From positions 96,001 to 160,000 of the forward strand of contig CAWAIK010000003.1 in NCBI GenBank assembly GCA_963782115.1: a DNA stretch of 64,000 nucleotides, written 5' to 3'. Numbering within the stretch: position 1 is the first letter of the stretch; each line of letters opens with the position of its first letter. The notes beneath the pieces were generated by a model, which did no database searches, was not told the DNA's origin, and was given only the letters and a program-made list of their open reading frames with translations. Source of the DNA: an uncultured Verrucomicrobiae bacterium. GTDB lineage: Bacteria > Verrucomicrobiota > Verrucomicrobiia > Chthoniobacterales > JAFAMB01. This document shows, piece by piece, positions 35,330 to 46,217 of this stretch. The translations under genes and the position numbers were made by a program.

Positions 35330-36174
35330 GACGTTCCGCAGATGGGCGGCAGCGATCGTCTCTAAGCCGCGCGCCGAGCAACACCGTGAATCGACTTCGT
35401 CGGCCAAGCCCTCCCTTAGCTCGCCGGACTGCGCTTCGCGACACCACAATCCCGCAAGCTCGTGCCGGGCTCGCCCAACCTTGTACCGACTTCGTCGCTT
35501 TTTTCGAGAAATCTATCTTCATTCAGGTGTAAGCGTCATGGGAACTCCACTTTGTCTGGCTTGGCGGCTTTGTGTCAAATACGAGCTGGTTAGGTTGGTA
35601 GCAGTGCGACTAAATGAACGATCAATCAGATCGACCCGCTCACCCCAAGCTACGGCAATGTCGTAACTAAGTCGGTCCATTATGGCGTTTGCCTGCGCCG
35701 TCAGGCGACCACCCCGCGATCACCAGAAGAAATAGGCAGAGACTGCAAAGAAAAATAAACGCTTCCATACGTGTTTCGTTTTACCATCGGTTGCACAAGA
35801 CAGAGTTAGTCTTCATAGGAATTCACTTCACATAACGAAACCCTCCCTGATTAACCTTGCTTCTGCCGACTTCGTTCATATTAGCATCTGGCGTTCTACG
35901 TCGCTATTGCTCGAGATGAGTGTTTTGTTTCTACCGAAATGGATCATTCTCTCATTACTTCTGGCTGGAGAGCCGTTTTCTTCGTTTATTTTGGTTTGGA
36001 TCCCTCGCTTAAGGTTGGTCCTGGGATGTTTTTCTGTGACTAGTTTTGGAGTTGGGTGATAGTTGGGCCAGCCGCGTTGAGCTTGCCGGCTTTGTGGTGG
36101 CCGCGGCTTTGAAGTAGCTGTGGAGGTCAACCGCTCTGGAAAGGGATGGGATGGGCGGCGCCGTTCGGCCATAG

Positions 36175-37737
36175 TTATGCCGACAGAAGGTATCCTTGGG
36201 CCACTTGCTTGAAATTCCGCACGGTTTGCTTCTGCCAGTCGCCGTCCCGTTTAAGTTCCCGCGCCATCAACTCCGCCACCCGTGGGGCGGCTTCAATGCT
36301 GGCCCGCGCGCCCAGCAACAGGGCTCGGGTTCTGCGCGCAAGCACGTCCTCGACCGTCCGCGCCATCTCTGCGCGCACCGCCCAGACGACCTCGGCGCCG
36401 ATGTACGGCAGTTCAGGGTGAAGTTTTTCGGACAAGGCCGGCTCTTGCCGCGCAATTTCCTGAATCGCAGGCGCGTCGGCGCCGTAAAGTCGCAAGCTCG
36501 GCTCCGGGATGGCCTGCTTGGTCCAACCATGGATTTGCAAATGCTCGGTTGTGCAGGGGCGCTCCTCCAAGCCGGCCATAGTCTCCGCTTGCTCGACGGC
36601 GTCTTGGGCCATCTTGCGATAAGTCGTCCATTTGCCGCCTGCGATGGTCAACAGCCCAGCGTTTGAAATCAGGATGGTGTGGTCGCGGGAAAGGGCCGCC
36701 GTACTTTTGGCGTCGCCGACTTTCACTAACGGGCGCAGCCCAGCGTAGACGCTCAGGACGTCACTTCGGCTGGGAGCCTTGCTCAAATACTTGGCGGCGT
36801 TGGTGAGGATGAACCCTATTTCTTCATCCAGGGGGACCGGCTCAAGCGAAATGTTATCCACGCTGATGTCGGTGGTTCCTACTACCACATGATCGTGCCA
36901 AGGCACCGCGAACAGCACCCGACCGTCCGGAGTGTGCGGGACCATGACGGCGCTGTCGCCCGGCAGAAACGCCTTCGGCAGCACCACGTGGGAGCCTTGA
37001 CTTGCGGCGATGACCGTTTTTGCGTCCGGTTCATCCATCTTGCGGATGGCATCGGAGAAAACGCCCGTGGCGTTGATCACCGCGCGAGCCCGGACCTGGT
37101 ACTCCGAACCGGTCTCCAAATCGCGGATTACCGCCCCTGCGATCAGATCGTTTTCCTTTATCAGGGAAACGACCGGCATGTAATTGATGGCCACGCCGCC
37201 AAGGTCAAAAATCGTTTGGGCCAGGTTTACGGCCAACCTTGAATCGTCGAACTGCCCATCGTAATAGGACACCCCGCGTTGTAGACCGCCAGGTTCGAGC
37301 GTCGGGATCAGCTTCAGTGTTTCCTCACGCGTAAGAACCCGGGAGGGATTGAGCCCGAGCTTACCGGCGAGCCGGTCGTAAATCTTCATGCCAACGCCGT
37401 AAAACGGCCCTTCCCACCAGCTGTAAATCGGCACGATAAACTCAAGGTGGTGAACCAAATGCGGCGCATTTTCACAGAGTAGCCCGCGTTCGCGCAACGC
37501 CTCTAGTACAAGCGAGATGTTGCCCTGTTTAAGATAACGAACCCCGCCGTGCACGAGTTTGGTGCTGCGGCTGGAAGTTCCTTTGGCAAAATCGTGCTGC
37601 TCCACCAGCAGCGTGCGGTACCCGCGCGCGGATGCGTCGACAGCAACGCCGAGGCCCGTCGCGCCCCCGCCGATCACGAGAAAATCCCAGGGTTCTTTGG
37701 TGTTCTCAATTTGATCGAATACTGTGTCACGTTTCAT
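36175..37737 (-). CDS. glpD: FAD-dependent glycerol-3-phosphate dehydrogenase/oxidase
   Basis: IGGGATG, GTSSRSTKLVHGGVRYL and GGKWTTYRKMA. Confidence 0.95.
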   Translation of the reverse strand: MKRDTVFDQIENTKEPWDFLVIGGGATGLGVAVDASARGYRTLLVEQHDFAKGTSSRSTKLVHGGVRYLKQGNISLVLEALRERGLLCENAPHLVHHLEFIVPIYSWWEGPFYGVGMKIYDRLAGKLGLNPSRVLTREETLKLIPTLEPGGLQRGVSYYDGQFDDSRLAVNLAQTIFDLGGVAINYMPVVSLIKENDLIAGAVIRDLETGSEYQVRARAVINATGVFSDAIRKMDEPDAKTVIAASQGSHVVLPKAFLPGDSAVMVPHTPDGRVLFAVPWHDHVVVGTTDISVDNISLEPVPLDEEIGFILTNAAKYLSKAPSRSDVLSVYAGLRPLVKVGDAKSTAALSRDHTILISNAGLLTIAGGKWTTYRKMAQDAVEQAETMAGLEERPCTTEHLQIHGWTKQAIPEPSLRLYGADAPAIQEIARQEPALSEKLHPELPYIGAEVVWAVRAEMARTVEDVLARRTRALLLGARASIEAAPRVAELMARELKRDGDWQKQTVRNFKQVAQGYLLSA

Positions 37738-37764
37738 AGAAGATCCTTTCTTAAGGTCAGATTG

Positions 37765-38994
37765 TCAGGAATGCGGGACTTGGGGCGCCGGTAGCACTCC
37801 ACCACCAGCCGAGAGCATCACCTGCTCAAGCGTGTGCCGGGCAATGATGAGGTTTTCGTTGGTCGGCAACACCCAAGCGGTGACTTTTGAGGTCGGCGTC
37901 GAGAGGCATGGGCCGTGGCGTTCATTGCCGGCTCCATCCAGTTCAAGTCCCAGCCATGCGGCCTGAAGGCAGATTTGCGCACGGATCACGGCCGAACGTT
38001 CACCAATACCTCCAGTGAACACGAGTGCGTCGAGGCCGCTTAGCGCCGCGGCTAGCGAGCCGAGTTCGCGCCCAATGCGATACACGAACAATTCGATCGC
38101 CTCCTTCGCTGCGGGATCATCGCTGGCCAGGAGCGTTCGCATGTCGCTCGAGATACCGGACACGCCCAGCAGGCCAGACTCTTGGTAGAGCAATTCCTCC
38201 AGCGCTCGCGCGTCCAGGCCGTGGTGGTCTAATAGGTAAAGCAGCACACCGGGATCGAGATTGCCGCAGCGCGTTCCCATGACCAGGCCATCCAGCGGCG
38301 TAAAGCTCATCGTGGTGGCGACGCTCCGTCCGCCGCGCAGTGCGCACATGCTCGCGCCACTGCCAAGGTGGGCGACGATGATTCGGGCACCGGCGAGTTC
38401 GGGTCCGAGTGTAGGCAGCGCCGAGGCTATATATTCGTAGGACAGTCCATGGAATCCGTAGCGGCGCACGCCTTCGTCGGTCAGGCGTCGCGGCAAGGCG
38501 AATGCCTGTGCGATGGCCGGTTGCGTGCGGTGAAACGCGGTGTCGAAGCATGCGACCTGCGGCAGCGTCGGCATGGCATCTCGCACCGCGTAGATGACGG
38601 CAAGGCAATGCGGTTGATGAAGCGGGGCCAAAGGCACCAAGGCCTCCAGCTTCGTCAGAACCTTCGTATCCACCAGGACCGGTTCGGAGAAATATTGCCC
38701 GCCGTGCACGACTCGATGGCCGACTGCCAGCAACGTTGCGCCTCGTTCACGCTCATGCACCCACGAGCGAATGACAGCGATGGCGCCGCCATGATGAAGG
38801 ACTTCCTTGGCGTCGTGCGCGCGATCGACAAGCGTCTGTCCAGCGGCGTCCTTCACCGTAAACCGCGGCTGAGTCCCTATGCCCTCCACCTGTCCGGTGA
38901 CGTCGGCGACAGGCTGATCCGCCTTGTTCTTTTTGAAAAGAGCGAACTTGAGGCTCGACGATCCAGCATTGACGACAAGGAGGAGCGGGGTCAT
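37765..38994 (-). CDS. ackA: Acetate/propionate kinase
   Basis: NAGSSSLKF, GHRVVHGG, FDTAFH, RRYGFHGLSY and FTGGIGE. Confidence 0.95.
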   Translation of the reverse strand: MTPLLLVVNAGSSSLKFALFKKNKADQPVADVTGQVEGIGTQPRFTVKDAAGQTLVDRAHDAKEVLHHGGAIAVIRSWVHERERGATLLAVGHRVVHGGQYFSEPVLVDTKVLTKLEALVPLAPLHQPHCLAVIYAVRDAMPTLPQVACFDTAFHRTQPAIAQAFALPRRLTDEGVRRYGFHGLSYEYIASALPTLGPELAGARIIVAHLGSGASMCALRGGRSVATTMSFTPLDGLVMGTRCGNLDPGVLLYLLDHHGLDARALEELLYQESGLLGVSGISSDMRTLLASDDPAAKEAIELFVYRIGRELGSLAAALSGLDALVFTGGIGERSAVIRAQICLQAAWLGLELDGAGNERHGPCLSTPTSKVTAWVLPTNENLIIARHTLEQVMLSAGGGVLPAPQVPHS

Positions 38995-39020
38995 GGCAAC
39001 TAAAGTTTCACCGCAATTTT

Positions 39021-39079
39021 CCAGAGGCTCTGCTCTTCGGAAAGTGAAACGTCTTCAGTATCTTAATGAGAGTTTTTCA
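39021..39079 (-). promoter_or_regulatory. Paired LysR-type boxes upstream of ackA-glpD
   Basis: Minus strand TGAAAAACTCTCA and TGAAGACGTTTCA, then CTTTCCGAAGAGCAGAGCCTCTGG. Confidence 0.72.
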
Positions 39080-39213
39080 TTCTGCTTTCTTTTTCCTAAG
39101 GGATTAATTAGACTTTCAATGTTTACTCGGCTGCTCCTGTCCGTTTGCCAATCGAAGGGTAATGTGTACGCGCAAACGCAGTTAACGCTATTAGGCCAAC
39201 CGGAAGCCCTGTC

Positions 39214-39330
39214 GTGATCGAGCTTTCAAGATATGTGTTTGAAACGCTGCGGGAAGACGAAGAGTTTGTTCTGGACCGGGGCCAAAGGGACGGAGATCTG
39301 TCTGCCATTCTGGTGGTAGCTCCGGTAGCT
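39214..39330 (+). pseudogene. N-terminal remnant of another STK/AAA sensor kinase
   Basis: MIELSRYVFETLREDEEFVL...ILVVAPV matches the start at 6197. Confidence 0.8.
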
Positions 39331-39390
39331 CGCGTTTAAAACGCAGATACCAGCGCACACAGGTGATGATAATGTCGTCGCGGGAACCAA
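39331..39390 (-). mobile_element. IS6-family transposase remnant
   Basis: DIIITCVRWYLRFK, the typical IS6 N-terminal VRWYLR motif. Confidence 0.65.
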
Positions 39391-39571
39391 CGTTGACGAA
39401 AGAGTGGCGAGGTGAGTGACGGCGAGCCATGCCCCAAGCCTTGGCACCACGGCACACGAATGGCAACGGCGAATTCATCCCAATAACCGCGCACGTTGAT
39501 CGTTAAGTGTATGCGAAGAAGGTACTTGCACCTATCTGCAAATCTGCAATCTGCAACAGATCCCGCCCAGG

Positions 39572-40591
39572 TTACCCAACATCGACGATCGACGCAGCCA
39601 ATTCATCGATTAGCCACTGCAACCCTTTATCTCGGTCGGCGCTTTGGTCGCAAACGATCTCAACGTCTACAGTTTGTGGTGTGTAAGGCAGATCCAACAA
39701 TACCAGGGAAAAGTGTGCAGCGGCCCAAAGTGCAAGTCGGCGCGGTAGCGTCGCTACCATGTCGGTCGCTTGGAGTAAAGGAGGCACAGCGGCAAAGTGC
39801 GGTACGCAAACGGCCGCGCGGCCGACCAAATCAATATTTTCGTCTTGAAATTCGAGCAAGGCTCGCTCTATCCAGACTCGGCGCGCCACTCCCTTGTCGT
39901 ACATAAAGCCATCGGCTTTATGCTTCTCCGTTCCGGTCAGCTCTACCACCACGTGTGAAAATTCGAAGAGTCTTTCTTTGGTTATCTTGTCTTGAGTCAG
40001 CGGGTGGCCGGCGCGCACCACGATCGCTTCTTCCTCCCGGTAAAGAGTTGCGCGACGCATGCGACCAGGCAGCTCGCCAAACCAGCCGATGACCAAATCG
40101 ATCTGACCACTCTCAAGTTCGCGAACAACATCGAGGCGATTTAAAGGAAACACGCGCAGATCAACTTGCGGCGCGTTCTTGGCTAGCCGTTTGACCAGCG
40201 ACGGGAGAATAACCACGGAAGTATGATCACTCGCGGCGATGCGGAAAGTCCGGACAGCCTCCATTGGCACAAACGGTTTTGTCCTCAAAGCCAATTCAAA
40301 GCTTTCTAACCCCTCGCGAACGGTCGCGGCCAACTCAAGCGCGCGTCGAGTTGGTTCCATGCCAAACTCGCCAGGAACGAAAAGCTCATCGTCAATCGTC
40401 TGGCGGAGCCGGTTCAAGGCGTGGCTGACGGCCGAGGGAGTTACCGAAAGCATTTGGCTCGCCTTGCGCACACTGCGATGCCGCATCATAGCATCAAATA
40501 CACGGAACAGATTGAGGTCGACCATGCGAATTTGGATGGTCGACGCCTGCGGATTCGCATTTTTTGGGTACTCTGTCGTGCCGCTTTTCAT
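39572..40591 (-). CDS. LysR family transcriptional regulator
   Basis: Close paralogue of the LysR at 20054, divergent from the efflux operon. Confidence 0.93.
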   Translation of the reverse strand: MKSGTTEYPKNANPQASTIQIRMVDLNLFRVFDAMMRHRSVRKASQMLSVTPSAVSHALNRLRQTIDDELFVPGEFGMEPTRRALELAATVREGLESFELALRTKPFVPMEAVRTFRIAASDHTSVVILPSLVKRLAKNAPQVDLRVFPLNRLDVVRELESGQIDLVIGWFGELPGRMRRATLYREEEAIVVRAGHPLTQDKITKERLFEFSHVVVELTGTEKHKADGFMYDKGVARRVWIERALLEFQDENIDLVGRAAVCVPHFAAVPPLLQATDMVATLPRRLALWAAAHFSLVLLDLPYTPQTVDVEIVCDQSADRDKGLQWLIDELAASIVDVG

Positions 40592-40686
40592 GGCTCAGGG
40601 TTTTGTGTATTGGTCGCAGATAATGATCGGCCGCTTTCCGTGTTGAGAACACTTTCCCGCGGGTCCCGGGGAGGTCAATCAGTAAC

Positions 40687-40740
40687 TGAACGAATTTCAA
40701 TATTAGATTGAATTCCTTTCACTTTCGCGAGAGCACAGTC
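40687..40740 (+). promoter_or_regulatory. Paired LysR-type boxes in the divergent lysR/efflux intergenic region
   Basis: TGAACGAATTTCA (40687) and TGAATTCCTTTCA (40709), then CTTTCGCGAGAGCACAGTC. Confidence 0.75.
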
Positions 40741-40783
40741 CACGTATCGTGCCAGCCATGGACGCGTTTTTCGCTCGGCAGCA

Positions 40784-42504
40784 ATGGATTCGCTCACGAT
40801 GCGCTTGAGCGCGGAGCAACTGTCGGGAATCTGTGTCGACGACTTTCGAATTCGATGGTCAAATTTTGGCTGGTTAACACAGCTTCGAACATTAATTGAT
40901 CAGTTGAAACGCCTGCTGAGTTTCACTTCCTACTGGAGTTGGCATTCCTGGCCGCCGCATCGAGCAGCGATGCTCGGCGTCTGCTTATTCGGACTTTCAC
41001 AGGTTTACGCGGTCTTTGCGGCTTCAGCTCGCGATGAGGTTCCTCCTTCGTCCCAAAAGCAATGGAACCCGCCGAATCTGGCGGGCTATCAAGATACTCT
41101 GCAGAAGGGCTCGGCGGAAGCGTTGGAGAAAGGCAAGGAACTGGTCGATCTTCGAAAGGAATATACGCTACCCGATCTCATTGATATTGCGGAGCAATTG
41201 AATCCGGCAACTCGGCAGCGTGGCAGAATGCGAGGCAGGCACTCGCGCTGGTCGGTGTCAGTAAGTCTGCCGATTACCCTTTTCTCTCGTTAGCGGCAGC
41301 GGGCGGCTATACAAGGTTCTTCGTTCCCTTTCCTAAGCTCGAGGTAAACCAAGCTGCTCTTAAGAGGGTTCTGGATACCGGTGGGCCATTGCAAACCGCT
41401 GTGACGCTAACCGAGGGTAACCCGCTTCATTTCGACGTTCTCTATCAATCCGAACTGACCATGAAATGGCTCTTGTTCGACTTTGGACAGCGTGAGGCGA
41501 GCATCAGTGCGGCCCGGGAAGGTCTTCTCATTGCGAACGTCGCCTTTAATGCCACCCATCAACGCGTTGTCCTGGAGGTTAGCCAGAATTTTTACGCTTA
41601 TAACTTGGCGCGGGAATCAGTCAAGGTTGCCGAATCCGCTTCCCAGACAGCTGAGACAGTTCATACCGCAGTAGAAGCTCGCGTAACAAGCGGCCTGGCA
41701 ACCCAACCGGACCTTCTTCAGGCGAAGCAGCAACTCGCGCAAGCTCGATTCGATCTCGAGAAGGCGCGCGGATCGGAACGGGATGCCTTCGTGGACTTGA
41801 TGGAAGCGGTTGGCTTGTCACCCTCTGTCCGAATTCGGATCACCGAGGGTTTCACCGGTTCAGTGCAAGTTGACTTGGAAACTCCGCTTGTCACGCTTGT
41901 CACACGCGCGCTATCGCAACGCCCCGATCTGGTCGCATCATTAGCAAAAGTAAAGTCCGCCGAAGACAAAATCAAAGGCGTTAAGGCATCCTATTTTCCT
42001 AAGATAACCGCGCTCGGGAGTGTTGGTTACGGTTTGGAAAGGACCAGTCTTGGCACTAATACCTTTGACAGCAGCGCTCCAACCTTTGGCGCCAATATTG
42101 CCGTCGAGCTCCCGATTTTCGACGGGTTCCTGAGGGATCGAACTTTGCAGGCTGCGCGGGCCGAATTGGAGGCCGCCTCCCAGCAGCTGGAGCAAACTCG
42201 TGACGATGCCGTCCGACAGGTCTGGAAAAGCTATAATGATCTACGCACCGCAGTTCGCCGTCAGGCCGCGGCAGCGGCTTTACTGCAGTCTTCCCAATCT
42301 TCCTACGATGCCATCCTAGATTCCTTCAAACTGGGACTTTCAACGTATACCGATGTCGTGACCAACGAAACGAAGCTGACGAGTGCACGTAATTCAGTTT
42401 TCGAATCCCGATCCGCAGTCTCTCAAGCCGCGACTACGCTGGCCTACGCGATGGGCGAACTAGGTAATGCGCCAAGGCCCACAAAATTTAGTCACAGGAA
42501 CTAA
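40784..42504 (+). pseudogene. TolC/MdtP-type outer membrane efflux protein, one frameshift near 41217
   Basis: YTLPDLIDIAEQLNPATR then shifts frame to WQNARQA. Also WLLFDFG and LPIFDGF. The start is uncertain. Confidence 0.82.
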
Positions 42505-42579
42505 TCGTATTTGAAAACGCGCTCCAACCCTCTAACACGAGTTCCAAAGTCCGCTCTAGTGTCCAGTCCCCGAAATAGC

Positions 42580-42861
42580 ATGCATCTTGTTGCGATCCGA
42601 AGATGCCTGATCTTGATTGAGGTCCTTTTTCTGGAAAGCTGCGGTTTATCACATCACCAGGTACCCTCGATTGATGTTTTTGGATCTTACTTCCCGGCAT
42701 GGCTGATCTCGTTGACAATCGCGGTAATGTTAACCGTTATCGCCATCAGTGCGGGGCGCCTGATGGGTATCAGAGTGTCTGGTTTCCTGGGTTTTCTCCT
42801 GTGCGTCAGCCTGATCCTGATTTTCAGCATCTCTGTATGGTTTCTATTCTTCGCGATCTAA
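42580..42861 (+). CDS. YtcA-like small membrane protein
   Basis: PSIDVFGSYFPAW motif, immediately upstream of an mdtN-like gene. Confidence 0.75.
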   Translation: MHLVAIRRCLILIEVLFLESCGLSHHQVPSIDVFGSYFPAWLISLTIAVMLTVIAISAGRLMGIRVSGFLGFLLCVSLILIFSISVWFLFFAI

Positions 42862-42864
42862 CAC

Positions 42865-43989
42865 ATGAATCCAACTCAACAAGAGAATCCGACGTCCAAA
42901 GCAAAGCCTGACTTTTCCTCCAAACCAAGCAGCCACCCGGCTCGCGGAAAATTCAAGCGTTTTTTCATCCTGATCTTGGGCCTCGTTATAATCGGTTTTG
43001 CGGTGGTGTTGAGCTTATCGGCATGGAACTTCAATGAGCGACATCCCCGGACTGACGACGGAGTAGCCCGAGCAAACATAATTGGCATCGCACCTCGCGT
43101 CTTTGGTCCAATTATACATGTCAATGTAAGCGATAACCAATCGGTGCAAGGTGGCGATCTTTTGTTCGAGATTGATCCCGCAGACTATCAACTGAGTGTT
43201 GATCGGGCGAAAGCGGCTCTGGATGCATTGGATCAACAAATCGTAACGGCGCAATCGCAGGACGCTCAACTAAAGTTCCAGATCAAAGCTGCGGAAGCAG
43301 GTGTCCGGCAGGCAATGGCGGAGCGAGATCAGGCCGCAGATAGTTTGCATCGTCTTGAACCGTTGTTACCAAAGGCCTTTGCAACCCAGGAACAAGTTGA
43401 CCAAGCACGCACGAAGGTCGCCGCCCTCGATGCCGAAGTCGCACAAGCAAATGAAAAACTCAACCAGGCGCGCGTGGCGGTCAGTTCACTGGCCACCCTC
43501 CAAGCGCAGCGTCCTGGAGCGGTTGCTTCTTTGGGGACGGCGCAGTTAGAGCTATCGTATACGCGGATATACGCGCCGTTCGATGGACAAGTCCTAGGGC
43601 TAAACATTTCCGAAGGAGCTTATGCGCACGCCGGTATTGAGGTATTTGCATTCCTCGACTGTCGAAAGTGGTATGTATTGGCAAACTTTCGCGAGCGGGA
43701 GTTACAGAACATCCGTCCTGGGATGAAGGCCGAGATCTATCTCTTGTCGAATCCAGATCGGCGTTTTCAGGGAGTCGTCCAGGGGATCTCGCCCGCGGTA
43801 CAGTCCCAGGAAGATAATGTCGAGATCAAGGGATTGCCGTTTGTAAAGAGAGACCTGAATTGGGTGCGGATTGCTCAACGATTTCCAGTTCGAATCGAGA
43901 TCGAGAATCCGGACCCGGAAATCTTTCGGATGGGTACGACGGCCGTAACGACGATCGTCGGCTCTAGCCCGCCTCGCAGCACGAACTAA
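42865..43989 (+). CDS. mdtN: MdtN-like membrane fusion protein (HlyD family)
   Basis: PRTDD, IAPRVFG, ANFRE and LNWVRIAQRFPVRI. Confidence 0.88.
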   Translation: MNPTQQENPTSKAKPDFSSKPSSHPARGKFKRFFILILGLVIIGFAVVLSLSAWNFNERHPRTDDGVARANIIGIAPRVFGPIIHVNVSDNQSVQGGDLLFEIDPADYQLSVDRAKAALDALDQQIVTAQSQDAQLKFQIKAAEAGVRQAMAERDQAADSLHRLEPLLPKAFATQEQVDQARTKVAALDAEVAQANEKLNQARVAVSSLATLQAQRPGAVASLGTAQLELSYTRIYAPFDGQVLGLNISEGAYAHAGIEVFAFLDCRKWYVLANFRERELQNIRPGMKAEIYLLSNPDRRFQGVVQGISPAVQSQEDNVEIKGLPFVKRDLNWVRIAQRFPVRIEIENPDPEIFRMGTTAVTTIVGSSPPRSTN

Positions 43990-43995
43990 CCAACG

Positions 43996-46149
43996 ATGCC
44001 TGAGAAAATCGCGAAACGTACATGGGGTGCTGAGAGCCGGGGAACCTCATTCCTGGACATGCTTTGGGAGACTCTCAAACCGTTCCCCGGGCGCGCCCAG
44101 GTGACGCTCCGACTAGCCGTTGTCTGTACCGCAGTAGTATTGGTAGCATACACCTTCAGAATGCCGTTCCAGGACCTCATGCCCTTTTTCATTTTGTTTA
44201 TAACCAAAGAGGATAAAGTAACCACTGCTGTCAGTGCGCTGTTGGTTATTTTCGCAATCACCGTAGCCATCGCGGTGGCCATTGTGATCTATAAATTCAC
44301 CGGCAATCGCGCAGAGTTTCGAATTCCTGCCATCGCGCTCGAGATATTTGTTGGTATGTACCTGTTCCGAGTGCTCTCGATTGGACCGGTGGGATGGATC
44401 CTTGGCTTCATATGCGCAGCAACGCAAAGTCTGGTTTACCTCTTTCCCGGTCCAGAGGAAACGGTTCACCAGTTTCTTTGGCTTTGGGCTGCAATCGTGT
44501 TCTCGGTCGGTTTGGCCTGGGTCGCCAATATTTTGCTATTTCCGGTGTCAGCAACCCGGTTGCTTCAGCGGGAATTCGTGGCCGGTTGGAATGCTATTTC
44601 CGCCGCAACTGCACAATTGACCGCAAATACGCCTTCCGCCGGCGCAAGCTTGCTTCGTCCGCTGGTAAAACGTGGTCCAATCCGCGTTCTCAAACTTTTA
44701 AAACTCTCCTCGATTGAGTCCCCTGATTTACGAGTAAACCAAGTTCAACTGACGCGCATGATCTTAAGCCTCGACAAAATCACGAGACTGATCTTCTCAT
44801 ATGCCCGCGCAAGGCTGAAATTATCGGCCCCCGTGGCAATTTCTTCTACTGAGAAAGCCATTCTGGATGGACTCAAGGAGGACGCCCAATGTTTCCAACG
44901 GCAATTCGAGGCAGGTTTCCTGCCGTCGGGTACTGCGACACGCTCTAGAAATAAAACAGCAGAAGTTTTTCCTGCCGTTCAACTCGCAGAAGCCGAGAAC
45001 ACGGTGGGTGATCTTGCTGCCGGAGACACCGAGTCTGAGAACCGACCGGAGAAAGCCGCAGCCCGGCATAAGCGCTCACTTTTTGTCGCGGACGCTTTTA
45101 GTAATCCGAGGCACGTGCAATTCGCGCTTAAGGTCACACTGGCGGGAATGATCGGTTACTTATTCTACACCGCGAGCGATTACTACGGAATTCACACGGT
45201 GTTTTACACACCTCTGATCATCGCGTTGGCTAGTAGCGGGGCCACCATTCACAAGGGATTACTTCGTATCGTCGGCTGCATTATTGGAGGTGGATTGGGT
45301 CTCATCTGTTTAGCCTGGGTGATACCAAGATACGAGACCCTGGGAACGTTCCTCTTGATTGTATTCTGCGTGCACGGTTTGGCAGCATGGATCGCTTCTG
45401 GCGGCGATCGGATCTCGTACATGGGCCTTCAGATAGCACTGGCCTTTGATCTCGGGTTTCTGCAGGGATACGGGCCACCTACTAACATTGACCCGCTTCG
45501 GGATCGATTTATCGGCATCGTCCTTGGCATATGCATTATCGCGACCGTTTTCTCTCTGCTTTGGCCGGAAAGTGCTGACTTGATCGCTCGCGAGCGACTT
45601 GCTGCTTGTCTCCGCGCGATCGCCCGTCTTCTTCACCTGGGCGGTTCAAACGATGGTTCTCAGAGTTCGAGCCCGCAACGGGAACAGCTCGAGCTGGAAA
45701 TAGCATCTCGTCTTTCTGAGGCCAATTCGTATGAGGAGCAAGCTGCCTTCGAAGCTCTGCTCTATGGATCCGACGTTATTCCGGTGTCGCGTCTGGCGGA
45801 GGCTACGGCAGGAGTGGAGGAAATTTACGTTGCTTGTCTCCCATGGCTGAGGGAGCAAGTATCGTCGATGCTGACTTCTGCAGACGATGAAGATCCGAAA
45901 ACTTCGCCGGGGTTGACCAAACTTTTAGAGGACGCGATGGAAGAGTTCGCTGAATTGATGGAGGGGTTTCGCAACAAAACTGTGAGCCGGGCACAAACAC
46001 CTACAGATCGTTTTCTTGGAAAAAAAGACATGGAAAACATGGGCCTCGGAGAAAGCTCCAGTTCAAGTAGTCTCGAAGAACTTCTTCGGGCGGCAGTGCA
46101 ATTCCAGACCCTTGGGCAAACGCTTGAAAACGTGGGCGCACGGCGATAA
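43996..46149 (+). CDS. MdtO-like FUSC family inner membrane protein
   Basis: LKPFPGRA, FVADAFSNPRHVQFALKVTLA and YMGLQIALAF. Confidence 0.87.
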   Translation: MPEKIAKRTWGAESRGTSFLDMLWETLKPFPGRAQVTLRLAVVCTAVVLVAYTFRMPFQDLMPFFILFITKEDKVTTAVSALLVIFAITVAIAVAIVIYKFTGNRAEFRIPAIALEIFVGMYLFRVLSIGPVGWILGFICAATQSLVYLFPGPEETVHQFLWLWAAIVFSVGLAWVANILLFPVSATRLLQREFVAGWNAISAATAQLTANTPSAGASLLRPLVKRGPIRVLKLLKLSSIESPDLRVNQVQLTRMILSLDKITRLIFSYARARLKLSAPVAISSTEKAILDGLKEDAQCFQRQFEAGFLPSGTATRSRNKTAEVFPAVQLAEAENTVGDLAAGDTESENRPEKAAARHKRSLFVADAFSNPRHVQFALKVTLAGMIGYLFYTASDYYGIHTVFYTPLIIALASSGATIHKGLLRIVGCIIGGGLGLICLAWVIPRYETLGTFLLIVFCVHGLAAWIASGGDRISYMGLQIALAFDLGFLQGYGPPTNIDPLRDRFIGIVLGICIIATVFSLLWPESADLIARERLAACLRAIARLLHLGGSNDGSQSSSPQREQLELEIASRLSEANSYEEQAAFEALLYGSDVIPVSRLAEATAGVEEIYVACLPWLREQVSSMLTSADDEDPKTSPGLTKLLEDAMEEFAELMEGFRNKTVSRAQTPTDRFLGKKDMENMGLGESSSSSSLEELLRAAVQFQTLGQTLENVGARR

Positions 46150-46217
46150 TGGAGCAGGAAGCAGAATGTTCGAGATGCCTGAAAACATCCCCGTGAGGTA
46201 CTGAAAACGATTTTTCT

